Source of the DNA: a phage
Sequence record: PX880100.1
Length of the DNA stretch: 64,000 nucleotides
Strand: one strand, 5' to 3'
Made by a program: the position numbers and the translations under genes
Notes under the pieces: model-generated
What the model was told of the DNA's origin: nothing
Databases searched by the model: none
The model's input: the letters and a program-made list of their open reading frames with translations, nothing else
Shown: positions 36,729-43,431 of the stretch, piece after piece
Layout: each line of letters opens with the position of its first letter
How positions within the stretch are numbered: position 1 is the first letter of the stretch

Positions 36729-36758
36729 AGTTATATAAATTGATGAAGGAGTTAACTA

Positions 36759-37034
36759 ATGCAAAATCGTGTTATAGCAACTGGTATTGAAAGTGCAATC
36801 TGTAAATCCTGGGAAGGCTGGGAAGGTGAGATTGAATGGCTTTATTTCTATGATGTAGAACTTCTGCCGGAAGTTAAAGCTAAATGTGTTGAAGCTGGAA
36901 TGGCTCCAGATGCAAAAGCTGATATTGATATTTCAATGTCTGAACTTAAAGGCCGTGTAATTACTGTTAGTGATGAGGGTGAAGAAGTTTTCGAACTTCC
37001 ATTCTCCTTAACTGTCACTCCTAAGTTCGACTAA
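36759..37034 (+). CDS. hypothetical protein (91 aa)
   Basis: Track ORF downstream of promoter. Confidence 0.5.
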   Translation: MQNRVIATGIESAICKSWEGWEGEIEWLYFYDVELLPEVKAKCVEAGMAPDAKADIDISMSELKGRVITVSDEGEEVFELPFSLTVTPKFD

Positions 37035-37070
37035 CTAATACAGCACTGAGCAAGTTCTTTAAAATTTGAC

Positions 37071-37099
37071 TTGCTCAGTGCCTTAAAACTTGGTATAAT
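37071..37099 (+). promoter_or_regulatory. early promoter feeding a tRNA block
   Basis: TTGCTC, 17-bp spacer, TATAAT; followed by a 14-bp inverted-repeat leader hairpin and tRNAs; approximate. Confidence 0.5.
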
Positions 37100-37161
37100 A
37101 GTTATCTAATTTGGAAACATATTTAAAAGTGTTTAAACTAGTATTTGAATACTTTTAAATA

Positions 37162-37267
37162 TGTTGGATTAGTATCGTAGAGGTAGCGAAGCAGACTGTA
37201 AATCTGCCGACTCGGAAGGGTCTCGGGTGGTTCGACTCCATCATCCATCATCCATCATCCAACACCA
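37162..37267 (+). tRNA. tRNA-Tyr-like (anticodon GUA), class II, atypically long; boundaries uncertain
   Basis: Perfect anticodon arm GCAGA-CTGTAAA-TCTGC, D-stem TCG/CGA, T-arm GGTGG-TTCGACT-CCATC; 3' region carries ATCCATC-ATCCATC-ATCCAAC then ACCA; GTTGGAT pairs with the last copy. Confidence 0.5.
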
Positions 37268-37274
37268 AATTTAA

Positions 37275-37351
37275 GTCCTGTTAGACAAACTGGTAAAGTC
37301 ACTACCCTTTCAAGGTAGGATTTGCGGGTTCGATCCCCGCACAGGACGCCA
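37275..37351 (+). tRNA. tRNA-Glu (anticodon UUC)
   Basis: Acceptor GTCCTGT/ACAGGAC, anticodon arm CTACC-CTTTCAA-GGTAG, T-arm GCGGG-TTCGATC-CCCGC, encoded CCA. Confidence 0.8.
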
Positions 37352-37360
37352 ATTTCTGCA

Positions 37361-37436
37361 TTCCTAGAGTGTTACTGGACAGCATGTCGGTCTCCAAAAT
37401 CGTACGGTCTAGGTTCGAGTCCTAGTAGGTTTGCCA
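37361..37436 (+). tRNA. tRNA-Trp-like (anticodon CCA), acceptor pairing unresolved
   Basis: Anticodon arm TCGGT-CTCCAAA-ATCGT and T-arm CTAGG-TTCGAGT-CCTAG with encoded CCA; spacing to neighbouring tRNAs fits, but 5' acceptor strand could not be paired by eye. Confidence 0.4.
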
Positions 37437-37442
37437 AAATTT

Positions 37443-37517
37443 GCACCTTTAGCTGAGATGGATTAGCGCTTGCCTGAAGAGCTTGAGAGGTTCGTTCGAT
37501 ACGAACAGGGTGCACCA
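37443..37517 (+). tRNA. tRNA-Phe-like (anticodon GAA)
   Basis: Acceptor GCACCTT/AGGGTGC, D-arm GCTG..TAGC, T-arm GTTCG-TTCGATA-CGAAC, encoded CCA; anticodon loop CTGAAGA but stem has two U-U mismatches. Confidence 0.55.
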
Positions 37518-37519
37518 AA

Positions 37520-37807
37520 TTGAGGGGGCTGCTGATGCATCCTGAAAACTTCTTTATTTACTGCGCTGATAAGTCGCTGAAACGTAGAATTAACAAAGTC
37601 TATCATTATCGTGCTAGTCAACAGCCTTATGTATATGCTTTTGACGGTGATCACATTCCATTAGAACAATTATCTTGTGATTACATGATATTGAAGAACT
37701 TTGACGAGACAAAGATCTCAAGCGTTCATAATCGACAGAATCCCTTAACGTGGAAATATAAGAAGAAAAAGAAAGGCATCAAATTCTTAAAAAATGTAGT
37801 TGCTTAG
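37520..37807 (+). CDS. hypothetical protein (95 aa)
   Basis: Track ORF starting 3 nt after the tRNA; TTG start. Confidence 0.45.
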   Translation: MRGLLMHPENFFIYCADKSLKRRINKVYHYRASQQPYVYAFDGDHIPLEQLSCDYMILKNFDETKISSVHNRQNPLTWKYKKKKKGIKFLKNVVA

Positions 37808-37828
37808 TTTCCAAAAGTTCTGTATAAT
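37800..37828 (+). promoter_or_regulatory. PN25-type early promoter
   Basis: TTGCTT, 17-bp spacer, TATAAT, then AATTACATAAATTGAACTGGAG; approximate. Confidence 0.55.
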
Positions 37829-37857
37829 AATTACATAAATTGAACTGGAGAAGCAAC

Positions 37858-38082
37858 ATGACAGAACAAGAATTGAATGAACGTAAGCTGGTAATGCTCC
37901 GCTTACTAAACATTTTCTCTGGTATGGATGGGGGTATTGACTTTGTTCATCTACGTTCTTTTGTAGAAGAAGCAGAAGGTGAATCTATCACTAAAATCCT
38001 TAAACATATGGGTTTACTATTAGATGCTGCTGGTGTAGCAACGGAATATAACCTCGAAGATCTACCGGAGCGTATTAAATGA
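37858..38082 (+). CDS. hypothetical protein (75 aa)
   Basis: ATG at 37858 with GGAG RBS; track lists an extended frame from 37840. Confidence 0.5.
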   Translation: MTEQELNERKLVMLRLLNIFSGMDGGIDFVHLRSFVEEAEGESITKILKHMGLLLDAAGVATEYNLEDLPERIK

Positions 38083-38267
38083 AGAAGCCAAAAGCTAAAT
38101 TAGTTAAGTTCGACTGTTGTGACACAGAAATCTTATTCACTAAGTTTGGTGAATTTAAGATGTGTGAATGTGGAACATGTGGTTATGATCATGGTGATGG
38201 ATATTATTGCAGGACTCTTGGACCAGCAAATCTAATCCACTTTTCATGGCCGGAAGATAAAGAATAA
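38079..38267 (+). CDS. small zinc-ribbon-like protein (62 aa)
   Basis: Track ORF; cysteine clusters FDCCDTE and CECGTCGYDHGDGYYC; 4-nt overlap with upstream gene. Confidence 0.5.
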   Translation: MKKPKAKLVKFDCCDTEILFTKFGEFKMCECGTCGYDHGDGYYCRTLGPANLIHFSWPEDKE

Positions 38268-38269
38268 TT

Positions 38270-38344
38270 GCATCCTTGTCCGAGTGGCTTAGGTGACGGT
38301 CTGCAAAATCGTCTAGGTTGGTTCAATTCCAGCAGGGTGCTCCA
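38270..38344 (+). tRNA. tRNA-Cys (anticodon GCA)
   Basis: Acceptor GCATCCT/AGGGTGC, anticodon arm ACGGT-CTGCAAA-ATCGT, T-arm GTTGG-TTCAATT-CCAGC, encoded CCA. Confidence 0.7.
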
Positions 38345-38350
38345 AATTCA

Positions 38351-38433
38351 GGGTCGTTAGCCAAGCGGTTTGGCGGTGGACTGTTAATCCATGTCGAAAG
38401 ACAACGTAGGTTCGAATCCTACACGGCCCGCCA
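38351..38433 (+). tRNA. tRNA-Asn (anticodon GUU) with an enlarged (~13-nt) variable region
   Basis: Acceptor GGGTCGT/ACGGCCC, D-arm GCCA..TGGC, anticodon arm GTGGA-CTGTTAA-TCCAT, T-arm GTAGG-TTCGAAT-CCTAC, encoded CCA. Confidence 0.65.
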
Positions 38434-38535
38434 AATTCTGTGTAGAGTTAAGTAAACCGGTAGCCAACCAGCTATCATTGCTGACATCGAATTCAGCCAC
38501 AGATACCATTTTCATTAATAACTGAGGAAACAAGC

Positions 38536-38721
38536 ATGTCCAAGAATGTAATTGCGCAGCTAGAAGTTCATCGTGATAGCACTATCAACAATATTGAAGT
38601 TGAGAAGAAATACATCGAAGAACTTAAACATGATATACTAGTAAGTCTCAACCGTCTTAATGTACGAAAAGAGTTTCTTAAAGAACTTAATGCAGCTATT
38701 GAAAAACTCAAAGCTGAGTAA
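38536..38721 (+). CDS. hypothetical protein (61 aa)
   Basis: Track ORF with GAGGAAAC RBS. Confidence 0.5.
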   Translation: MSKNVIAQLEVHRDSTINNIEVEKKYIEELKHDILVSLNRLNVRKEFLKELNAAIEKLKAE

Positions 38722-38730
38722 ATGAATTAT

Positions 38731-38807
38731 GCGACCGGGGCTGGCTTGGTAATGGTACTCCCCTGTCACGGGAGGGAATGTGGGTTCAAATCCCATCGGT
38801 CGCGCCA
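38731..38807 (+). tRNA. tRNA-Asp (anticodon GUC)
   Basis: Acceptor GCGACCG/CGGTCGC, anticodon arm CTCCC-CTGTCAC-GGGAG, T-arm GTGGG-TTCAAAT-CCCAT, encoded CCA. Confidence 0.8.
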
Positions 38808-38824
38808 AATAAGGTAGGTTAGCT

Positions 38825-38983
38825 ATGGAACGTAGAGAGTTTACTCCAGAAGAGATAGAGCAGATAAAAGAATCTGCTACGAAAAATGCTAGAATATCTC
38901 TGTCACTAGAAGGTATCATTATTAGTGATGTAAACTTTGAAAAAATCAAAGCCATAGCTGATGAACTGGAAAAAGTAATTTAA
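38825..38983 (+). CDS. hypothetical small protein (52 aa, below track cutoff)
   Basis: ATG at 38825 with AAGGTAGG RBS between two tRNAs; acidic helical peptide. Confidence 0.45.
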   Translation: MERREFTPEEIEQIKESATKNARISLSLEGIIISDVNFEKIKAIADELEKVI

Positions 38984-38984
38984 T

Positions 38985-39060
38985 ACATCCATAGCTCAAT
39001 GGTTAGAGCTACCGCCTCTTAAGCGGAGGGTTCTAGGTTCAAGTCCTAGTGGGTGTACCA
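38985..39060 (+). tRNA. tRNA-Lys (anticodon CUU)
   Basis: Acceptor ACATCCA/TGGGTGT, D-arm GCTC..GAGC, anticodon arm CCGC-CTCTTAA-GCGG, T-arm CTAGG-TTCAAGT-CCTAG, encoded CCA. Confidence 0.65.
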
Positions 39061-39086
39061 AACTAAACTAGCACGAGAAATATACT

Positions 39087-39434
39087 ATGCGTAATGCTAA
39101 AGAAGAGTTGTTACTTGCCTTAAAAAATACTAATTCTGAAGTTAAGTGTATTAAAATAGAATTCGGGTATTATGGGGACAAAAAAGTTTGGGTATTACCT
39201 CTGGGGTATACAGAAGAAGATATTGGGGATTTTCTTAATAACCTAGACTTTGAGTATGATTCTGGTTATGGTGGACAACTACTTTATGGTAATGTATGGT
39301 TTGCCGATGGAACCTGGCTAGAACGTGGGGAATATGATGGAGCTGAGTGGTGGGAATACAAGGCTACTCCAGCAATTCCAGAGGAATGCCGAACAATTAA
39401 TGGTGAAGTAGATAATACTTTAAGGTTAAACTAA
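39087..39434 (+). CDS. hypothetical protein (115 aa)
   Basis: Track ORF. Confidence 0.5.
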   Translation: MRNAKEELLLALKNTNSEVKCIKIEFGYYGDKKVWVLPLGYTEEDIGDFLNNLDFEYDSGYGGQLLYGNVWFADGTWLERGEYDGAEWWEYKATPAIPEECRTINGEVDNTLRLN

Positions 39435-39438
39435 TAAA

Positions 39439-39538
39439 ATTTCAGTGCAGAACACGGAGCTAGCAATTCGGAAGTGCTGACTCATGATAAGCTGCCTATG
39501 TACTTGCAAAGCGGTCGTGTCCAAGACTCGGACTCTTG
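39439..39538 (+). ncRNA. structured ORF-free element closed by a ~10-bp long-range stem
   Basis: TTCAGTGCAG at the 5' end pairs with CTTGCACTGAA at the 3' end, enclosing internal hairpins (GTCC-AAGACTC-GGAC); no ORF. Confidence 0.35.
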
Positions 39539-39556
39539 CACTGAAAACAATCAAAC

Positions 39557-39684
39557 ATTCTAGCGTGGTTGATGGGGAAACCAGCTTGGCTAGGGCAGAA
39601 GCTCGTTCGATTCGAGTGAAAGAATGGTTCTCGTAAGTCCGCACAAGTGATAATAGGTTCGAGTCCTGTCTAGAATGACACTAT
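39557..39684 (+). ncRNA. tRNA-like element of atypical length (~128 nt)
   Basis: ATTCTAG...CTAGAAT acceptor-like pairing, D-arm-like GGTT-GATGGGGA-AACC, two T-arm-like motifs; too long for a canonical tRNA. Confidence 0.3.
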
Positions 39685-39826
39685 AAAGTTTACTTATTAT
39701 GTAGGTTCCGATAGATCGGCGGGTCTATTCTGGCATTTAAGAGAGGTCTCGCAAACTTCTTTGTCAGCCGTGGGGTTGGTAGCCTCCAGGTGGCCTACAC
39801 AATAAGTAAATTTATTAAAAATTCAT

Positions 39827-39855
39827 TTGCTATTTCTCTTAATTATCTGTATAAT
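39827..39855 (+). promoter_or_regulatory. PN25-type early promoter
   Basis: TTGCTA, 17-bp spacer, TATAAT, then ATATTTTATAAAGTGAAGAGAAGG; approximate. Confidence 0.55.
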
Positions 39856-39887
39856 ATATTTTATAAAGTGAAGAGAAGGAAAGCAAA

Positions 39888-40046
39888 ATGAAACACAAGA
39901 TAGCTCAAGTTTTTATGGCATTATGGTGTATGCCAATAGCTATAACAGCATTTAATCTAGATACTTTTACTATAGAAGAAAAATGTATCGGATTAGTTAG
40001 TGGCTTTAGTATGCTTGGCTTATCTTTGTTGTGGTTGAAGAAATAA
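39888..40046 (+). CDS. hypothetical small membrane peptide (52 aa, below track cutoff)
   Basis: ATG at 39888 with GAAGGAAAG RBS after the promoter; hydrophobic sequence; stops 4 nt before tRNA-Pro. Confidence 0.5.
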   Translation: MKHKIAQVFMALWCMPIAITAFNLDTFTIEEKCIGLVSGFSMLGLSLLWLKK

Positions 40047-40050
40047 TATT

Positions 40051-40128
40051 CTCCGTGTAGCTCAGTTTGGCCAGAGCGTTTCGTTTGGGGCGATAGGGTC
40101 GGGGGTTCAAATCCTCCCACGGAGACCA
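40051..40128 (+). tRNA. tRNA-Pro (anticodon UGG)
   Basis: Acceptor CTCCGTG/CACGGAG, D-arm GCTC..GAGC, anticodon loop TTTGGGG (stem with one U-U), T-arm GGGGG-TTCAAAT-CCTCC, encoded CCA. Confidence 0.7.
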
Positions 40129-40134
40129 AACAAT

Positions 40135-40212
40135 TGCGGGTTAGATCTCTGGTAGAGATCGCTAGTCTCATAAGCTAGAAAGAGGTAGGTTCGATTCCTG
40201 CACCCGCTTCCA
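40135..40212 (+). tRNA. tRNA with CAU anticodon (Met-type; T-T mismatch at pair 1-72)
   Basis: Acceptor TGCGGGT/ACCCGCT, D-arm GATC..GATC, anticodon arm CTAGT-CTCATAA-GCTAG, T-arm GTAGG-TTCGATT-CCTGC, encoded CCA. Confidence 0.6.
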
Positions 40213-40232
40213 TTTTAATAGAGGATTTCGAA

Positions 40233-40400
40233 ATGAAAGTATTTCGATTAGTAGTAAGTGACAAACGCTTAGGTAAGAATACATCAAAATCCTTACTTGC
40301 TCATTATGGTAGAAATTGGGATGAAGTAATGGCAGAGTTTAGTACTAATCACTCTTACTTGAAAGTTCACTCTATTAAAGAAGTATACAATGGTTACTAA
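40233..40400 (+). CDS. hypothetical small protein (55 aa, below track cutoff)
   Basis: ATG at 40233 with GAGGA RBS between tRNAs. Confidence 0.45.
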   Translation: MKVFRLVVSDKRLGKNTSKSLLAHYGRNWDEVMAEFSTNHSYLKVHSIKEVYNGY

Positions 40401-40401
40401 T

Positions 40402-40480
40402 AGATCGCTAGCTCAATAGGTTTAGTAGCATCCGACTTTTAATCGGAAGGTTCTGGGTTCAAGTCCCAGGCGATCTACCA
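40402..40480 (+). tRNA. tRNA-Lys (anticodon UUU)
   Basis: Acceptor AGATCGC/GCGATCT, anticodon arm TCCGA-CTTTTAA-TCGGA, T-arm CTGGG-TTCAAGT-CCCAG, encoded CCA. Confidence 0.8.
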
Positions 40481-40484
40481 ATTT

Positions 40485-40558
40485 GCTCGGTTAGTTTAAT
40501 GGGAGAACCCCGTCTTTACATGGCGGTTGAGATAGTTCGATTCTATCACCGGGTACCA
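40485..40558 (+). tRNA. tRNA-Val (anticodon UAC)
   Basis: Acceptor GCTCGGT/ACCGGGT, anticodon arm CCGTC-TTTACAT-GGCGG, T-arm GATAG-TTCGATT-CTATC, encoded CCA. Confidence 0.8.
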
Positions 40559-40577
40559 ATTAACTCAAAATAAGGAA

Positions 40578-40937
40578 TTGCAAATGCAATTATCAAGCAA
40601 GATTCAAGGTTATTTCGGTCATGTGACAATGGAGTTCGCTATCTCTAAAGGTTGGGACTTCGAACAAGATTTAGCTGAGTTCTACAAAGATATTGATCTG
40701 AACGTACCGTACATGGGACTTTCTACTGGTCAGGAGATCACAGAAGCCGATGTATTCAAGGCAAGTCAAGGTGAGGTAACACCTAGTTTTGCCGAGTTCT
40801 GGTTAGGCATTACGTTAAAAGAAGATGCACCAGATAGTGGTGTACTAATGTCTAGTATGCACTCTGGAAGTTCCGATTACCTTTTCATTAGCGATGTTAA
40901 GGAAATACAAGAAGTCTGCAAAAATGTACTTGCTTGA
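40578..40937 (+). CDS. hypothetical protein (119 aa)
   Basis: Track ORF (TTG start; in-frame ATG at 40584) with AAGGAATTG RBS. Confidence 0.5.
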   Translation: MQMQLSSKIQGYFGHVTMEFAISKGWDFEQDLAEFYKDIDLNVPYMGLSTGQEITEADVFKASQGEVTPSFAEFWLGITLKEDAPDSGVLMSSMHSGSSDYLFISDVKEIQEVCKNVLA

Positions 40938-40957
40938 TGCTTAATTTCTTGTTATAA
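40929..40957 (+). promoter_or_regulatory. PN25-type early promoter feeding an ORF-free leader and tRNAs
   Basis: TTGCTT, 17-bp spacer, TATAAT, then ATTTATATAAATTGATGAGGAG; approximate. Confidence 0.55.
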
Positions 40958-41195
40958 TATTTATATAAATTGATGAGGAGAAATCCTCATCATAGTTCAC
41001 TAAGGTATTAGCTCGACCTAGGACTGGCTGCCAAAAAGCACGATCCCTACGATTCGGGAGAAGTTCTAGATTGGTCCACTAGATTCAGCGGCAACTGAAT
41101 AGTGTATTGGGTTTGCGAGATGACGTAGTTCCTTCCGCTCTAAGCGAAGGTGCTGTAGTTACGCCGAGCTAATAGCCTTAGTAAACTAAAGAATT

Positions 41196-41274
41196 TGGGG
41201 AATGGGTCTGCATGGAGTGGACACCTCGCTTGCACCGAGGACATCAGAACGGTTCGATTCCGTTATTCTCCACC
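41196..41274 (+). tRNA. tRNA-Ala (anticodon UGC)
   Basis: Acceptor GGGGAAT/ATTCTCC, D-arm GTCT..GGAC, anticodon arm CCTCG-CTTGCAC-CGAGG, T-arm AACGG-TTCGATT-CCGTT, encoded CCA. Confidence 0.8.
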
Positions 41275-41279
41275 AAATA

Positions 41280-41356
41280 CGCGTGATTGATGGAATTGGC
41301 ATACATACCGTCCTTAGAAGTCGGGTTTTGAGGGTTCGAATCCCTTGTCACGCACC
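41280..41356 (+). tRNA. tRNA with UAG anticodon (Leu-type anticodon, short variable arm)
   Basis: Acceptor GCGTGAT/GTCACGC, anticodon arm CCGTC-CTTAGAA-GTCGG (one mismatch), T-arm GAGGG-TTCGAAT-CCCTT, encoded CCA. Confidence 0.5.
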
Positions 41357-41468
41357 AAATTTGATGGTCAGAGTAAATTAAACCTACTATCTCGGTTGAG
41401 CTGTTTTAATGGGTTCGAATCCCAGCGAGGCGTAACTGCCTGGTGTGATAGAGGCATCATCTTATTAT

Positions 41469-41559
41469 TGGAAGAGCAAATCGAATTGGCGACGAAAACC
41501 GCTTGGAAAGTGGCTGACTGGTAAAACGGCTTGAGAGTTCAAATCTCTCCTCTTCCGCC
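41469..41559 (+). tRNA. tRNA-Ser (anticodon GGA), class II
   Basis: Acceptor GGAAGAG/CTCTTCC, anticodon arm ACCGC-TTGGAAA-GTGGC, long variable arm, T-arm GAGAG-TTCAAAT-CTCTC, encoded CCA. Confidence 0.7.
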
Positions 41560-41571
41560 AAACAATTTATA

Positions 41572-41666
41572 TGGTAGGTCAATCCAATGGCTGGCGTGGG
41601 ACTCCGACTTGAAATCGGTTGATCGTAGTGATACGGTGTAAGGGTTCGATCCCCTTACCTACCTCC
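41572..41666 (+). tRNA. tRNA-Ser (anticodon UGA), class II
   Basis: Acceptor GGTAGGT/ACCTACC, anticodon arm TCCGA-CTTGAAA-TCGGT, long variable arm, T-arm AAGGG-TTCGATC-CCCTT, encoded CCA. Confidence 0.7.
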
Positions 41667-42032
41667 AAATCTTGAAGTATGCCGGAATCGGTAGACGGGG
41701 CTGCCTAAAAGGTTTATAGGGAACATCCACTCCCTGCAACATACCCCATAAAGCGGCTGAGATAAATGGTCTATCTCGTGAAGGTTCAAGTCCTTCTGCT
41801 TCTTGATACATCAATGGCTCAAAGTGTAACGGCGCTATTTGATGCGCTTAGTAAGACTTCCCCGACATGCGTTCGGGAGTAAGCTGCTAAGGCTAGAGTA
41901 GAAGAGTTTCTGAGAGCCGCCACAATTGAAGATTCGTACTCGTCTTGAGCTGCGTGCAATAGGAGATAACTTGATTAGTATTCTAGAACATGCTAATTGA
42001 GGAAGGTTTCGCTAACCCTGCGAGTTTTCAAT

Positions 42033-42109
42033 TGTGGCTATATCATAATTGGTTAATGATCCTGATTGTGAATCAGGCCTATGTGGATTCGAATTCCACT
42101 AGCCACCCC
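42033..42109 (+). tRNA. tRNA-His (anticodon GUG)
   Basis: Acceptor GTGGCTA/TAGCCAC, D-arm TCAT..ATGA, anticodon arm CCTGA-TTGTGAA-TCAGG, T-arm GTGGA-TTCGAAT-TCCAC, encoded CCA. Confidence 0.85.
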
Positions 42110-42135
42110 AAATTAACTTAAATAGGAAATAAAAT

Positions 42136-42330
42136 ATGGCTGATTTCTGCAAACAATGCTCCATTGATATGTGGGGCAGAGATACTGGTGATCTTTCTGG
42201 TTTGATTACAGAAGCTGAAGTTAAAGAAGGCTACGGTGCTGTTGTGATTTGCGAGGGATGCGGAGTTATTCGAGTAGATCATGAAGGCAAACGTTTGGAA
42301 GAATCTGAGCCAACAACAATTTTTCCGTAG
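42136..42330 (+). CDS. small zinc-ribbon-like protein (64 aa)
   Basis: Track ORF; CKQCS...CEGCG cysteine pairs; AGGAAATAAA RBS. Confidence 0.5.
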   Translation: MADFCKQCSIDMWGRDTGDLSGLITEAEVKEGYGAVVICEGCGVIRVDHEGKRLEESEPTTIFP

Positions 42331-42342
42331 AATAAAAATTAT

Positions 42343-42418
42343 TGGGATGTAGATCAATTGGCAGATCGTCGGCCTCTGACTCCGAAGGCTCCACGTTCGA
42401 TCCGTGGCATCCCAGCCA
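42343..42418 (+). tRNA. tRNA-Gln (anticodon CUG)
   Basis: Acceptor TGGGATG/CATCCCA, D-arm GATC..GATC, anticodon loop CTCTGAC, T-arm CCACG-TTCGATC-CGTGG, encoded CCA. Confidence 0.7.
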
Positions 42419-42424
42419 AATAAT

Positions 42425-42500
42425 TGGAGAGTAGTGTAACGGTTAGCACAACGGCCTTTGACTCCGTTAATGGTAGGTTCGATTCCTCCTTCTCCAGCCA
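42425..42500 (+). tRNA. tRNA-Gln (anticodon UUG)
   Basis: Acceptor TGGAGAG/TTCTCCA, D-arm GTGT..GCAC, anticodon loop CTTTGAC, T-arm GTAGG-TTCGATT-CCTCC, encoded CCA. Confidence 0.7.
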
Positions 42501-42508
42501 AATAATAA

Positions 42509-42584
42509 GCGGTTAAGCACACGGGTTGTGTCGCAGGCCTTCCAAGCCTCGCTGAGTAGGGTTCGATTCCCTCTAGCCGCTCCA
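42509..42584 (+). tRNA. tRNA-Gly (anticodon UCC)
   Basis: Acceptor GCGGTTA/TAGCCGC, anticodon arm AGGC-CTTCCAA-GCCT, T-loop TTCGATT, encoded CCA. Confidence 0.65.
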
Positions 42585-42600
42585 ACTTTAAGGGGACATT

Positions 42601-42822
42601 ATGCACGTTTTTGAGTTTCGTAATAAAAGTACCGATAAACGAGTTATTGTTATCGGGGAAACATACCGAGCATACGAACAAACTGACGGCTCTGTTATCC
42701 TGAATGACGAAAAAGGAGGTTTTAGCTTTTATCCCAAAGAAACTTACGAAGAATTTCGTACAAAGTTTCTTCTACCAGACTGGCTAGAAGTAGCGCAGCA
42801 ACGAGAACCCGAAGATGGCTGA
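42601..42822 (+). CDS. hypothetical protein (73 aa)
   Basis: Track ORF with AAGGGGAC RBS. Confidence 0.5.
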   Translation: MHVFEFRNKSTDKRVIVIGETYRAYEQTDGSVILNDEKGGFSFYPKETYEEFRTKFLLPDWLEVAQQREPEDG

Positions 42823-42979
42823 TAACCTAAAAGTCAAGATCGATAAACAAAAGAAACGTGTCGAAGTAGAGATTGGTGAAGAACGTGTAGCCTTCACCTT
42901 TGAATTTCTACAACAAATGGCAATGACAGTTATGACTGATAAGTCTCCTGTTATTGAAAAAGAAATCCCGTTGAAATAA
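42815..42979 (+). CDS. hypothetical small protein (54 aa, below track cutoff)
   Basis: ATG at 42815 overlapping the upstream stop; ends 10 nt before tRNA-Thr. Confidence 0.4.
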   Translation: MADNLKVKIDKQKKRVEVEIGEERVAFTFEFLQQMAMTVMTDKSPVIEKEIPLK

Positions 42980-42988
42980 CGGGCTATC

Positions 42989-43063
42989 GCTCCTAAAGCA
43001 TTGTTGGCGATGCAGTTGCCTTGTAAGCATCTGAACCGGGTTCGATTCCTGGTGGGAGCACCA
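42989..43063 (+). tRNA. tRNA-Thr (anticodon UGU)
   Basis: Acceptor GCTCCTA/TGGGAGC, D-arm GCAT..ATGC, anticodon loop CTTGTAA, T-arm CCGGG-TTCGATT-CCTGG, encoded CCA. Confidence 0.75.
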
Positions 43064-43078
43064 AATTTAAAAATTCAT

Positions 43079-43107
43079 TTGCTTTCTCTCTTATTTCTTG
43101 TTATAAT
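43079..43107 (+). promoter_or_regulatory. PN25-type early promoter
   Basis: TTGCTT, 17-bp spacer, TATAAT, then ATTTATATAAATTAATGAGAGGG; approximate. Confidence 0.55.
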
Positions 43108-43137
43108 ATTTATATAAATTAATGAGAGGGAAGCCAA

Positions 43138-43431
43138 ATGAAACGTTATCTTTCTGTTGTGTTCCAAACTGGTGGTCAGCGCTATACTTACGAATTTCCT
43201 GGCTCTTGGAAAGTCAAAGAAGGTGATCAAGTAGTTGTATTAACACCGCGTGACGGGTATAAGGTAGTAACGGTTAAGCAAGTATTTTCAAAAGACTATG
43301 AACCGTCTAAGTCTATTAACTATAAGATGATTCATGGTGTAGTTCGTCAAGTACCACGAGCGGAAGTCGAAATCAAAGTAGATAAAGATGATAAACTTAA
43401 ATATACCTCTTGCATAGACGAGTTGCTATAA
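43138..43431 (+). CDS. hypothetical protein (97 aa)
   Basis: Track ORF downstream of promoter. Confidence 0.5.
   Translation: MKRYLSVVFQTGGQRYTYEFPGSWKVKEGDQVVVLTPRDGYKVVTVKQVFSKDYEPSKSINYKMIHGVVRQVPRAEVEIKVDKDDKLKYTSCIDELL

Noticed and set aside
41357-41468. Additional canonical tRNA at the T-arm motif near 41410..41424
   Set aside because: I could not pair any 5' strand with the sequence 3' of the T-arm, so it is reported only as an unresolved tRNA-like fragment in the findings.
42118-42681. 187-aa reverse-strand ORF spanning three tRNA genes
   Set aside because: It runs antisense through tRNA-Gln, tRNA-Gln and tRNA-Gly and a small co-oriented ORF; no RBS; incompatible with the densely supported plus-strand features.
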